In this document: piece by piece, positions 18,502-26,996 of the stretch
Numbering within the stretch: position 1 is the first letter of the stretch
Layout: each line of letters begins with the position of its first letter
From: a phage
Reading direction: 5' to 3' (one strand)
Length of the DNA: 64,000 bases
Sequence record: PZ445498.1
Made by a program: the position numbers and the translations under genes
Notes under the pieces: model-generated
Databases searched by the model: none
Told to the model about the DNA's origin: nothing
Seen by the model: only the letters and a program-made list of their open reading frames with translations

Positions 18502-19446
18502 ATGTTTACTAAAAACACTAAAGAACTAACTTCTGAGCAAAAAGTAATTCGTACTATTAAACGTTGGGGTGTTGGTGCTGCTGTTGGTCTTGGTGCTCTT
18601 ATTCTGGCTCTCAATTCCTATACAGTTGTTCAGGATGGTACTGTTAAGACCCAAACCTTCCTGGGTAAAGTTAGCCCTAATCCTGTATTGCCAGGCTTCC
18701 ATATTGTTAACCCATTTGCTTCTTTTGATACTTTTAGTACGAAAGATATTTCCATGAAACTGGATAAACTTCAGGTGCCTAGCCAGGATAAGTTTAAGTC
18801 TACTGTTGACATTACCGTTATGTTGCAGTTTGATGGTGCTAAAGCTCCTATGAACCGTGTTAACGCAGGTACTCAGGATCAAGCTCTGAACAAGTACGTT
18901 GAAGAGAAGATGCTGTCTACGATTCGTGAGTTTGGTAAGTCTGTACCAAAAGCACAAGATCTGTTCGACGCTAAGATTCAGGCTCAACTGCAAACCGCTA
19001 TTCAGCAAGAAGTAGAAGAGTACGCGCGTCCTTATGGCTACACCGTTAAGCAAGTATTCCTTCAGGATATTACTCTGCCACCGGTAATCATGGAACAGGT
19101 ACAGAACACTAAAGTTCGTGAAGAACAAGTTAACGCTGCAAAAGCTGAACTAGCTCGTGTTGAACAAGAAGCACAGCAGAAAGTTAAGCAAGCTGAAGCT
19201 GATCGTTCTGCTCGTGAAAATATGGCAGTAGCTAACGAACGTGACGCAGATGCTAAACTGTACGCAGCTAAGAAAGAAGCTGAAGCTAACGCCGCTCTGC
19301 AACGTACCATTACTCCTGAAATGATTCGTTGGAAGCAGCTGGAAGTTGAAATGCTTCGTGCTGAAAAATACCAAGGTGGTGTACCGCAGACTGTTGTTGG
19401 TACTGGCTACGATGGTCAAATGATCATGGATATGCGTAACAAGTAA
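18502..19446 (+). CDS. SPFH/band-7 (prohibitin/HflK-like) membrane protein
   Basis: N-terminal TM helix then SPFH-like region and a long Ala/Glu/Lys coiled coil; start at ATG 18502 after aaggaaa. Confidence 0.6.
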   Translation: MFTKNTKELTSEQKVIRTIKRWGVGAAVGLGALILALNSYTVVQDGTVKTQTFLGKVSPNPVLPGFHIVNPFASFDTFSTKDISMKLDKLQVPSQDKFKSTVDITVMLQFDGAKAPMNRVNAGTQDQALNKYVEEKMLSTIREFGKSVPKAQDLFDAKIQAQLQTAIQQEVEEYARPYGYTVKQVFLQDITLPPVIMEQVQNTKVREEQVNAAKAELARVEQEAQQKVKQAEADRSARENMAVANERDADAKLYAAKKEAEANAALQRTITPEMIRWKQLEVEMLRAEKYQGGVPQTVVGTGYDGQMIMDMRNK

Positions 19447-19470
19447 TAGTTACACGTAATCTTCGAACCA

Positions 19471-19508
19471 AGCCCGCGTTCCCTCCGAGAGCGCGGGCTT
19501 TTCTGTAT
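19471..19508 (+). terminator. rho-independent terminator after the SPFH gene
   Basis: agcccgcg ... cgcgggct followed by ttttctg. Confidence 0.75.
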
Positions 19509-19650
19509 TTAAGGCAAAAGAAAAGCCCATAAGTTATTCAACTAAGGTCTTTAGTATTTAATTCTTTAGAATCGCATACTATTGTTGCTGCAACAACGTG
19601 CTACCATTAAATGCCCTGAGATTTTTCCACTAAAAAGTTTAAAAATTCGT

Positions 19651-19679
19651 TTGCTTGAATGCTAAATTCTCTGTATAAT
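19651..19679 (+). promoter_or_regulatory. early promoter upstream of the NadR-like gene
   Basis: ttgctt-17-tataat plus leader. Confidence 0.65.
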
Positions 19680-19709
19680 ATATTTATAAATTTGAGAGAG
19701 GAATCAAAC

Positions 19710-20765
19710 ATGATTAAGACTGGTCTAGTAATTGGTAAGTTCGCACCCTTAACGCGTGGCCATATTAACCTAATAAATACAGCAGCAACTATGTGTGAAC
19801 GAGTTATTATTGTAGTTAGTCATGATAATCGTTGGCTGGATAAGCAGAACACACGTGATCAGGAAGTATTACAGTTAAAGAATCGTCTTCGTTGGTTAGA
19901 ACAAACTTACGCGGATATTGAGCACGTTTCGGTAGAGTATATTATTGAAGATGATATTCCTGAATATCCGAATGGTTGGCCGGAATATGCTAGAATCCTT
20001 AATGAAAATTACGGACATTTACCTGAGATCACCATTTTCTCTAGCGAACTAGACTATGATGCAGAATATAAGAAATATCTGCCGAAGTTTGGTCATTATA
20101 TTGTAGATTCTGATCGGACTCGTGTTCCAATCTCAGCTACAATGATTCGTAATGATCTTATGAAGTATTGGGAGTTTCTTCCTAGCGTAGTTCGTAAAGA
20201 TTACGTGCGTAGGGTTGTAATCATTGGGACTGAAAGCTCAGGAAAGACTACTTTAACAAAATACCTTGCGAAGCTATACAACACTTCGTGGGTAGAAGAA
20301 TATGGTCGAACGTATTGTGAAGTTGATCTAGTTGGTAACGAAAATCTGCTTACCAGCGAAGATTATAGTAAAATTGCGTTCAGACACAAAGAGCTAGAGT
20401 TTGAGGCAGAACGTACTGCAAATAAGATCATGTTTGTGGATACAAATGCTTTTATTACTGAGTTCTACCACAGACTTTATGAACATCGTAAGAACCCTGT
20501 GGTTACAGCAATTGCAAAAGAAGAACATTACGATTTAGTAATTGTTCTAGCGCCCACTGTCAAGTGGGTAGATGATGGTTTACGTATTAACTCCGATCGT
20601 TCAATTACTTCTGAACTGTTCGAGCAGATGAAGAAAGAATTTCCAAATCAGTTCCCTGAAGGGCGTACTGTGTACATCGACTCCCCGGACTACAAAGTTC
20701 GTATGGACGAAGCAGTAAACGCAGTAGACTGGCTGATTCATCACTTTAACGTTGGAGAGTTTTAA
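19710..20765 (+). CDS. NadR-like bifunctional NMN adenylyltransferase / ribosylnicotinamide kinase
   Basis: N-terminal GKFAPLTRGH nucleotidyltransferase motif; C-terminal P-loop VVIIGTESSGKTTLTKYLA; no HTH domain. Confidence 0.7.
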   Translation: MIKTGLVIGKFAPLTRGHINLINTAATMCERVIIVVSHDNRWLDKQNTRDQEVLQLKNRLRWLEQTYADIEHVSVEYIIEDDIPEYPNGWPEYARILNENYGHLPEITIFSSELDYDAEYKKYLPKFGHYIVDSDRTRVPISATMIRNDLMKYWEFLPSVVRKDYVRRVVIIGTESSGKTTLTKYLAKLYNTSWVEEYGRTYCEVDLVGNENLLTSEDYSKIAFRHKELEFEAERTANKIMFVDTNAFITEFYHRLYEHRKNPVVTAIAKEEHYDLVIVLAPTVKWVDDGLRINSDRSITSELFEQMKKEFPNQFPEGRTVYIDSPDYKVRMDEAVNAVDWLIHHFNVGEF

Positions 20766-20766
20766 T

Positions 20767-21444
20767 ATGACTAACTATCTCGTAAATGACTTTAAAAACT
20801 GGAAACCTCTGGAATATCTGTGGCTGTTCATAGCGGTTGCCTTCATTAGTTTAGCTAACTATAATGGTACACCTCTAGATTGGGCTACTGCGATAACCAA
20901 CGTAGTTTGTGTTATTTTGGTTGCTAAAGGACGTGTTTCTAACTATATTTGGGGCTTAGTTGGTGTTCTTACCTATGGTATTACAGCTTTAAACGCAGAT
21001 CTTTATGGTAACGCTGCACTAAACCTGCTATACTACGTTCCTATGCAGTTTTATGGAATGTACTTATGGCATAAAAATAAGCCAAGTAATCTGCCAGATG
21101 TTCCAACTAAGATTCTGACTAAAGTCCAAGCTCTGCTGACTCTAGGGATTCTAGCAGTAGCCACGTTAGGGTATGGTAGTTTCTTAGCTACTACGGCTGA
21201 TCCATTCCCAATGTTGGATGCATTTACTGCGGTAGGTAGTGTGATCGCTATGTGGCTTATGGTTAAGCAGTATGCCGAGCAGTGGCTGATCTGGATTGCT
21301 ATTAACATTGGTACTGTGTACATTTGGCTTGTAACTACTCAATCTACAGGTGCATCTTATGCAATCCTAGCAATGTGGCTAGTATTCTTAGGTAACTCTA
21401 TTATGGGAGCCTATAAAGGATACTTTGTACGCGTTAACAAATAA
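20767..21444 (+). CDS. pnuC: PnuC-like nicotinamide riboside transporter
   Basis: Multi-pass membrane protein with ...YGMYLWHKNK... and ...WLIWIAINIGTVYIWLV; coupled to the NadR-like gene. Confidence 0.7.
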   Translation: MTNYLVNDFKNWKPLEYLWLFIAVAFISLANYNGTPLDWATAITNVVCVILVAKGRVSNYIWGLVGVLTYGITALNADLYGNAALNLLYYVPMQFYGMYLWHKNKPSNLPDVPTKILTKVQALLTLGILAVATLGYGSFLATTADPFPMLDAFTAVGSVIAMWLMVKQYAEQWLIWIAINIGTVYIWLVTTQSTGASYAILAMWLVFLGNSIMGAYKGYFVRVNK

Positions 21445-21491
21445 AGTAGTTATAGCCCTCTAAGCGAGGGCTATTATACAGAAATTTTCAC

Positions 21492-21520
21492 TTGCTTAAT
21501 ATAGAAAATTTCTATATAAT
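21492..21520 (+). promoter_or_regulatory. early promoter
   Basis: ttgctt-17-tataat. Confidence 0.65.
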
Positions 21521-21550
21521 ATATTTATAAATTCGAGAGAGGAATCAAAC

Positions 21551-21847
21551 ATGAAACGCATTGTACTTGCACTGACTCTAGTATCTACTTCTGTATTTGC
21601 TGCTCCGCAACAGGAACTTTGTCAAGTTCAGGTTTGTAATAAGTTAGAACGATTTACTTTGGATATTTGGTCACACATTAAAGATAATATGGGTGAACAG
21701 TGTTTTGATATTGTTCTGCCAAAAGAGCAGGCTGTTCCTGGTGCTATTCTTAGCTCAGAGTCACGTTGGTGGCAGGGTTCTTCTATCAATCCAACTAAGA
21801 AGTCAGTGACACGTATCAAACAAGTATATCAGTGCAAGGTTCAGTAA
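21551..21847 (+). CDS. hypothetical secreted protein
   Basis: Signal peptide MKRIVLALTLVSTSVFAAP. Confidence 0.5.
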   Translation: MKRIVLALTLVSTSVFAAPQQELCQVQVCNKLERFTLDIWSHIKDNMGEQCFDIVLPKEQAVPGAILSSESRWWQGSSINPTKKSVTRIKQVYQCKVQ

Positions 21848-21855
21848 AATTTCAC

Positions 21856-21884
21856 TTGCTTAATGTCGAAATTTTCTGTATAAT
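21856..21884 (+). promoter_or_regulatory. early promoter
   Basis: ttgctt-17-tataat. Confidence 0.65.
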
Positions 21885-21917
21885 ATATTCATAAATTCGG
21901 AAGATTAGGAACTATTT

Positions 21918-22427
21918 ATGCTAGACTATGAGTCTATACTTTATAGATTCCGTTTAGAAGATGGTGTGCTGGTGTGGAATCCGCTCTCCGGAAACTCCAG
22001 AGAGGAGAAGATATTTAATACTAAGTTTGCCAATAAACCTGCGGGATCTTTGCACAAAAGCTCTGGGTATATCAGAGTTAACGTTGATCACCAAGATTAC
22101 TTAGCTCATATCATAGTATTTATACTATATTATGGGTATAGGCCGGAAATGATTGATCATAAAGACTGCAATAAGTTAAACATACATCCTTTAAATTTAA
22201 GAGCAGCGGATAGTACCACTAATACTCATAATGCTAGTAAATCTTCTAGGAATACTAGCGGATTTAAGGGAGTATCCTACCACAAAGCATCTGGTCAGTG
22301 GCAGGGTAGAATAATGTTTAAAGGTAAGTCATACTCCGCAGGGCTGCACAGTACTCCTGAAGCAGCAAATGAAGCTCTAATTCAACTGAGAGAGAAACTT
22401 CATGGGGAATACGCCCGAAATAATTAA
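21918..22427 (+). CDS. HNH homing endonuclease
   Basis: IDHKDCNKLNIHPLNLRAA HNH core; stop abuts tRNA-Ser. Confidence 0.7.
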   Translation: MLDYESILYRFRLEDGVLVWNPLSGNSREEKIFNTKFANKPAGSLHKSSGYIRVNVDHQDYLAHIIVFILYYGYRPEMIDHKDCNKLNIHPLNLRAADSTTNTHNASKSSRNTSGFKGVSYHKASGQWQGRIMFKGKSYSAGLHSTPEAANEALIQLREKLHGEYARNN

Positions 22428-22516
22428 GGAAGAATAGCATAACGGTATTGCAGCAGATTGCTAATCTGTCGGTTTGAAACATAGCCTTGTGGGTTCGAAT
22501 CCCACTTCTTCCTCCA
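22428..22516 (+). tRNA. tRNA-Ser (anticodon GCU)
   Basis: Acceptor ggaagaa/ttcttcc, loop ttgctaa, long variable arm, T-arm gtggg-ttcgaat-cccac, CCA. Confidence 0.75.
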
Positions 22517-22521
22517 AATTT

Positions 22522-22599
22522 GGTTCTCAAGCTCATTTGGTATGAGCCGTCGCCTCATAAGCGAAAGGTAGGTAGGTTCGAATCCTCCGGGAGCCACCA
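22522..22599 (+). tRNA. tRNA with CAU anticodon (Met, fMet or Ile2)
   Basis: Acceptor ggttctc/gggagcc with G-U pairs, loop ctcataa, T-loop ttcgaat, CCA. Confidence 0.65.
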
Positions 22600-22616
22600 A
22601 TTAACTAGGAGACTAT

Positions 22617-22802
22617 ATGTCTAAGTTTCAAGAGCTTAAACAAGAACTAGAAGAGTGCATGTGTACTCACTGCCAAGGAACAGGTACTATTAATGATGCT
22701 GAACCTGGCGATATGCGTTTTGAAGAGTGGGAATGCGCAGCATGTAATGGTTCTGGTATTAATCCAGAATTTGGAATTTCTCTAGATATTGATCGAGGTT
22801 AA
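22617..22802 (+). CDS. small Cys-rich zinc-finger protein (DnaJ-like CxxCxGxG repeats)
   Basis: CTHCQGTG ... CAACNGSG. Confidence 0.5.
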   Translation: MSKFQELKQELEECMCTHCQGTGTINDAEPGDMRFEEWECAACNGSGINPEFGISLDIDRG

Positions 22803-23136
22803 CATGGATATTTACACTACTCCAGCAGTAAATCTGATTGGCTCTTGCCTTGTGCATTTCCGCTTCTTCCAAACGGATGATAGCAAAGAGGAATATACTT
22901 ATCCTCTGATGGATTTTCAGATTGAGGATTTCTTTCGTGAAGTTCGTAATATTTCTGGAAACTTCTTCTATGGTATGGATAAGGAAGATTTTGACATTGA
23001 GTTCCCTATAATCTCTCGTTATTTCCTAGAACAGTCTGACGCTCATTTTAGTAAGATTGAGCATATGGAAGTAGCATGGGCAATTCAGTTCGAGATTACT
23101 GGTTTTGCTCGATATATTCAGGGTTACGAACTCTAA
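22789..23136 (+). CDS. hypothetical protein
   Basis: 115-aa ORF. Confidence 0.5.
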   Translation: MIEVNMDIYTTPAVNLIGSCLVHFRFFQTDDSKEEYTYPLMDFQIEDFFREVRNISGNFFYGMDKEDFDIEFPIISRYFLEQSDAHFSKIEHMEVAWAIQFEITGFARYIQGYEL

Positions 23137-23145
23137 AGATTACAT

Positions 23146-23222
23146 GGGGGTGTAATCGAATTGGCATAGGTACTGGACTTAAAATTCAGGTTTTGTGGGT
23201 TCGAATCCCACCACCCCTACCA
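23146..23222 (+). tRNA. tRNA, anticodon UAA predicted (Leu?), atypically short variable arm
   Basis: Acceptor gggggtg/cacccct, anticodon stem ctgga/ttcag with loop cttaaaa, T-arm gtggg-ttcgaat-cccac, CCA. Confidence 0.55.
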
Positions 23223-23373
23223 AATTAAGGAAATAAAATGAAAGCTATTAAGAAAGCACTACGTAAATTTATGTACTGTCGTTTTCATAGCATCAAGACT
23301 TCAACTAATGGTACGACTTATGATCGCTATGATCCTAAGTTTGGCTTACATTCTAAATAACTGGAGAAAACAA

Positions 23374-23580
23374 ATGGCTAATCCTGAAATTACGGCACAA
23401 CGCTTTATGCTGAAAGGAATTATTGCTGAAGCAGGCATGACAGAAGAAGTTACAGATTTTCAAAAGCAATTCCTCAATATTCTCACTCAAGCTAAAGAGC
23501 TAGGAGAGAAGGAACATGGCGCGGCTATTATGGCAATCACGTTGGTTGGGCTTGATCTGGCTGAAGAATCAGGAGTTTAA
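23374..23580 (+). CDS. hypothetical protein
   Basis: Start at MANPEIT after ggagaaaacaa. Confidence 0.45.
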   Translation: MANPEITAQRFMLKGIIAEAGMTEEVTDFQKQFLNILTQAKELGEKEHGAAIMAITLVGLDLAEESGV

Positions 23581-23610
23581 CTCCTCCAAGCAGAAATTTT
23601 AAAAATGTAC

Positions 23611-23640
23611 TTGCTTTTTACTTAAGATTTCTGTTATAAT
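23611..23640 (+). promoter_or_regulatory. early promoter
   Basis: ttgctt-18-tataat. Confidence 0.6.
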
Positions 23641-23670
23641 AGTTATATAAATTGATGAAGGAGTTAACGA

Positions 23671-23946
23671 ATGCAAAATCGTGTTATAACAACTGGTATT
23701 GAAAGTGCAATCTGTAAATCCTGGGAAGGCTGGGAAGGTGAGATTGAATGGCTTTATTTCTATGATGTAGAACTTCTGCCGGAAATTAAAGCTAAATGTG
23801 TTGAAGCTGGCATGGCTCCAGATGCTACGGCTGATGTTGAGATTAGCATGAATAAGTTAGAGGGTCGGGTAATCACTGTTAGTGATGAGGGTGAAGAAGT
23901 TTTTGAACTTCCGTTCTCCTTAACTGTCACTCCTAAGTTCGACTAA
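23671..23946 (+). CDS. hypothetical acidic protein
   Basis: 91 aa, promoter 23611-23640 upstream. Confidence 0.5.
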   Translation: MQNRVITTGIESAICKSWEGWEGEIEWLYFYDVELLPEIKAKCVEAGMAPDATADVEISMNKLEGRVITVSDEGEEVFELPFSLTVTPKFD

Positions 23947-23982
23947 CTGATACAGCACTGAGCAAGTTCTTTAAAGTTTGAC

Positions 23983-24012
23983 TTGCTCAAGTGCCTTAAA
24001 ACTTGATATAAT
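23983..24012 (+). promoter_or_regulatory. early promoter upstream of a tRNA block
   Basis: ttgctc-18-tataat. Confidence 0.55.
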
Positions 24013-24136
24013 ATTTATCTAATTTGGAAACATATCTGAATGAGAAGTAATTAAGCGAGTTGCTTTTAGGGGTAAAGTCAGGAAATCCTGAAATATTCCA
24101 CCTTGAGTTTAACCGACTTACTTTTCATTCAAATAT

Positions 24137-24217
24137 GGGGGATTGGCTCAGTGGCGACGGCGCCTGGCTGTAGACCGGGTATATCACGCGGAGGTTCGAG
24201 TCCTCCATCCCCCACCA
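24137..24217 (+). tRNA. tRNA-Tyr (anticodon GUA) probable
   Basis: Acceptor gggggat/atccccc, stem cctgg/ccggg with loop ctgtaga, extended variable region, T-arm ggagg-ttcgagt-cctcc, CCA. Confidence 0.55.
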
Positions 24218-24225
24218 AATTTAAT

Positions 24226-24300
24226 GCACCTATCGTCTAATGGTTAGGACATCAGGATTTCAATCTGAGAATCGGAGTTCAATTCTCCGTGGGTGTGCCA
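24226..24300 (+). tRNA. tRNA-Glu (anticodon UUC)
   Basis: Acceptor gcaccta/tgggtgt, D-arm gtctaatggttaggac, loop atttcaa, T-arm cggag-ttcaatt-ctccg, CCA. Confidence 0.7.
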
Positions 24301-24309
24301 ATTAATAAT

Positions 24310-24380
24310 TGGGGTACGCATAGGTTGCTAGTGGGCCTCCAAAACCCATGAAAAGGTTTCGAATACCTTTACCCCTGCCA
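24310..24380 (+). tRNA. tRNA, anticodon CCA (Trp) possible
   Basis: T-arm aaggt-ttcgaat-acctt, acceptor 3' tacccct, CCA; short D-arm, 1-72 mismatch; anticodon assignment uncertain. Confidence 0.45.
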
Positions 24381-24386
24381 ATATTT

Positions 24387-24461
24387 GCACCTTTAGCTGA
24401 GATGGATTAGCGCTTGCCTGAAGAGCTTGAGAGGTTCGTTCAATTCGAACAGGGTGCACCA
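24387..24461 (+). tRNA. tRNA-Phe (anticodon GAA)
   Basis: Acceptor gcacctt/agggtgc, D-stem gctg/tagc, loop ctgaaga, T-arm gttcg-ttcaatt-cgaac, CCA. Confidence 0.65.
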
Positions 24462-24478
24462 ATTTGAAGGAGATGCTG

Positions 24479-24751
24479 ATGCATCCTGAAAACTTCTTTA
24501 TATACTGTACTAGTCTTTTGCTTAAACGCCGGATTAATAAAGTATATCACTACAGAGCTAGTCAACAGCCTTATGTTTATGATTCTAGTGGAGATCATAT
24601 TCCACTTGAGCAACTAGGGACTGATTATATGGTTTTGAAGCACTTTAATGAGGCGAATATCTCTAGCGTTCATAACCGACAAAACTCTAAAACGTGGTGG
24701 CATAAGAAGCGTAAGAAAGGCATCAAATTTCTTAAAAATGTAGTTGCTTAA
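24479..24751 (+). CDS. hypothetical protein
   Basis: Start moved to the ATG after aaggag (track TTG start overlaps the tRNA-Phe 3' end). Confidence 0.45.
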   Translation: MHPENFFIYCTSLLLKRRINKVYHYRASQQPYVYDSSGDHIPLEQLGTDYMVLKHFNEANISSVHNRQNSKTWWHKKRKKGIKFLKNVVA

Positions 24752-24772
24752 ATCCTTAAAGTTCTGTATAAT
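24744..24772 (+). promoter_or_regulatory. early promoter
   Basis: ttgctt-17-tataat. Confidence 0.6.
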
Positions 24773-24800
24773 TATTACATAAATTGAACTGGAGAACTAG

Positions 24801-24989
24801 ATGAAAGCACCTAAACCGAAATTAGTTAAGTTCGACTGCTGTGATACTGAAATCTTATTTACTAAGTTTGGTGAATTTAAGATGTGTGAATGTGGAACAT
24901 GTGGTTACGATCATGGTGATGGATATTATTGCAGAACCCTAGGGCCTTCTGAACTAATCCACTTCTCATGGCCGGAAAGTAAAGAATAA
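24801..24989 (+). CDS. small Cys-rich zinc-ribbon protein
   Basis: CCDTE...CECGTCGYDHGDGYYC. Confidence 0.5.
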   Translation: MKAPKPKLVKFDCCDTEILFTKFGEFKMCECGTCGYDHGDGYYCRTLGPSELIHFSWPESKE

Positions 24990-24991
24990 TA

Positions 24992-25067
24992 CGACCGTTG
25001 GCTGAATGGCTTAGGCGGAGGCCTGCAAAACCTCCTTATGTGAGTTCGAATCTCATGCGGTCGTCCA
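24992..25067 (+). tRNA. tRNA-Cys (anticodon GCA)
   Basis: Acceptor cgaccgt/gcggtcg, loop ctgcaaa, T-arm gtgag-ttcgaat-ctcat, CCA. Confidence 0.7.
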
Positions 25068-25074
25068 AATTTTA

Positions 25075-25157
25075 GGGTCGTTAGCCAAGCGGTTTGGCGG
25101 GGGACTGTTAATCCATGTCGAAAGACAACGTAGGTTCGAATCCTACACGGCCCGCCA
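25075..25157 (+). tRNA. tRNA, anticodon GUU (Asn) possible, enlarged variable region
   Basis: Acceptor gggtcgt/acggccc, D-arm gcc-aagcggttt-ggc, T-arm gtagg-ttcgaat-cctac, CCA; anticodon stem poorly paired. Confidence 0.5.
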
Positions 25158-25184
25158 ATTTCATTAACAACTGAGGAAATAGAT

Positions 25185-25370
25185 ATGACAACTCGTGCAA
25201 TTGCTCGACTAGAAGCTGATCGTGATAATCTGATTAATAATATTAAGGTTCGTGATAATATTATTAAGGCTCTGAAAGCTGAACTTCTTGAAGAACTTCA
25301 AGGTCAAGTAGAGCGTCGTGAAGCTCTAAAAGAGGTTGAGGAAGCTATCGAAAAACTCAAGGCTGAATAA
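25185..25370 (+). CDS. hypothetical coiled-coil protein
   Basis: 61 aa. Confidence 0.45.
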   Translation: MTTRAIARLEADRDNLINNIKVRDNIIKALKAELLEELQGQVERREALKEVEEAIEKLKAE

Positions 25371-25373
25371 ATT

Positions 25374-25955
25374 ATGCACGGAATATCCTTACCCATTCCA
25401 GGGTTTGAGGAGTACTTAGTAAGTTTGGATGGGTTAGTATTTAGTATCAAATCAAACAAAATACTAACCCCAATAACCAGTAATTACGGATACTTATCTA
25501 TACGTCTCCATAAAAATGGTCAACAGAGAAATACCGGTGTACATAGGATTTTAGCATGTGCATTTAAGAAATTACCAAGTCTAGACTCTGAACTAGAAGT
25601 TGACCATATTAACACAGACATTACTTATTGGGGTCTTAATAACTTACAAGTGCTCACAAAAGAGCAGCATCTAGAAAAGACTTTAAAAGACAAAGGATTT
25701 AGTAAACTAAACCATGATAATTGTTGTAAGGATTGTGGTAAAGCTATTTCTTTAAAAGCTGAAAAATGTCAGGAGTGCTCTTCATATAAACCAAAAGATA
25801 TCTCTATAACTAAAGAAATAATCGAGGTTACAGTAAGAGAGCTAGGCTGGTCAGGTGCAGGGAGAAAGTTAAGTTATTCAGATAATGGGTTGCGTAAAAG
25901 ATACACTTCTTTAGGAGGCAATCCTAAAGAACTTAAAAAGTTAAAGGTACTATAG
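25374..25955 (+). CDS. HNH homing endonuclease with C-terminal Cys-rich region
   Basis: ELEVDHINTD..NLQVLTKEQH HNH core and CCKDCGK...CQECSS; its 3' end overlaps the first 10 nt of tRNA-Asp. Confidence 0.7.
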   Translation: MHGISLPIPGFEEYLVSLDGLVFSIKSNKILTPITSNYGYLSIRLHKNGQQRNTGVHRILACAFKKLPSLDSELEVDHINTDITYWGLNNLQVLTKEQHLEKTLKDKGFSKLNHDNCCKDCGKAISLKAEKCQECSSYKPKDISITKEIIEVTVRELGWSGAGRKLSYSDNGLRKRYTSLGGNPKELKKLKVL

Positions 25956-26020
25956 TCTAACGGTTAGGATACTCCCCTGTCACGGGAGAGGTAGGGTTTC
26001 GATTACCCTTAGTACCGCCA
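25946..26020 (+). tRNA. tRNA-Asp (anticodon GUC)
   Basis: Acceptor ggtacta/tagtacc, anticodon stem ctccc/gggag with loop ctgtcac, T-arm agggt-ttcgatt-accct, CCA. Confidence 0.85.
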
Positions 26021-26026
26021 AATTAT

Positions 26027-26103
26027 ACATCCATAGCTCAATTGGTTAGAGCTACCGCCTCTTAAGCGGTAGGTTCTAGGTTCAAGTCCTAGTGGGTGTA
26101 CCA
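26027..26103 (+). tRNA. tRNA-Lys (anticodon CUU)
   Basis: Acceptor acatcca/tgggtgt, D-arm gctcaattggttagagc, stem accgc/gcggt with loop ctcttaa, CCA. Confidence 0.75.
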
Positions 26104-26316
26104 AACATCAGAGCAGCGTGATGTACTGCAAAGACCCAAAGTCCGGGGTGGACTTCTTGATTCAAAGGAGCAGGCATTAATTATCATTCTAGCGTGGTGG
26201 AGAGGGGACACCAGCTTGCCGAGGGTAGAAGCTCGTTCGATTCGAGTGAAAGAATGGTTCTCGTAAATCCGCACAAGTGATAGTAGGTTCAAGTCCTACC
26301 TAGATTGACTCATTAT

Positions 26317-26390
26317 GCGTTCGTAGTTAAAAGGTATAATTTTTGGTTGCCAACCAGAAGTTGAGGGTTCGATTCCCTCCGACCGCACCA
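26317..26390 (+). tRNA. tRNA-Gly (anticodon GCC)
   Basis: Acceptor gcgttcg/cgaccgc, loop ttgccaa, T-arm gaggg-ttcgatt-ccctc, CCA. Confidence 0.7.
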
Positions 26391-26645
26391 AATCTTTGTA
26401 GGTCGCGTCACTTATAATGGGACTACAGGGTAAACAAGGCGATGAGTTTCCGGCCGGTTCTAGTCGCTGAAAATCCTCCCGACCAGGTAGGTGTAGGTAA
26501 ACGAAAGTTTACTTATTGAGTAGGTTCCGATAGATCGGCGAGTCTATTCTGGCATTTAAGAGAAGTCTCGCAAACTTCTTTGTCAGCCGTGGGGCTTGAA
26601 CCCTCCAGGTGGCCTACGCAATAAGTAAATTTATTAAAAATTCAT

Positions 26646-26674
26646 TTGCTATTTTGCTTAATTCTCTGTATAAT
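26646..26674 (+). promoter_or_regulatory. early promoter
   Basis: ttgcta-17-tataat. Confidence 0.65.
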
Positions 26675-26706
26675 ATATCTTATAAAGTGTTGAGAAGGAA
26701 AGCAAA

Positions 26707-26904
26707 ATGAAAAAAGTTATGTTACTATCTGTATTCTTACTCACTGGTTGCTTTAAATTTGATTCAACCATTAACAAGGAGTATGAATTTGCAAAAAATT
26801 TCTGTGGTGGAGAGAGTAAAATACAAAACTTCAGTATACACTCTACAATTCCTAGTACCATTTACTGCGTAGATGGACGGAATATTAATATTCCACCACA
26901 ATAA
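26707..26904 (+). CDS. small lipoprotein
   Basis: MKKVMLLSVFLLTGC lipobox. Confidence 0.5.
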   Translation: MKKVMLLSVFLLTGCFKFDSTINKEYEFAKNFCGGESKIQNFSIHSTIPSTIYCVDGRNINIPPQ

Positions 26905-26913
26905 AAGAATATT

Positions 26914-26990
26914 CTCCGATTAGCTCAATTGGCTAGAGTACACCGTTTGGGGCGGTGGGGTTGAAGGTTCGAGTCCTTCATTGGAGACCA
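26914..26990 (+). tRNA. tRNA-Pro (anticodon UGG)
   Basis: Acceptor ctccgat/attggag, stem caccg/cggtg with loop tttgggg, T-arm gaagg-ttcgagt-ccttc, CCA. Confidence 0.85.
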
Positions 26991-26996
26991 AACAAT

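Noticed and set aside
18526-19419. Minus-strand ORFs 18526..19128, 19062..19310 and 19150..19419 inside the SPFH gene
   Set aside because: Antisense to a well-supported plus-strand gene with promoter, RBS and terminator; translations are low complexity.
26240-26306. Two additional tRNAs suggested by T-arm-like motifs at 26240-26257 and 26283-26299
   Set aside because: No complementary 5' acceptor strand could be found within tRNA distance; treated as tRNA-like remnants.
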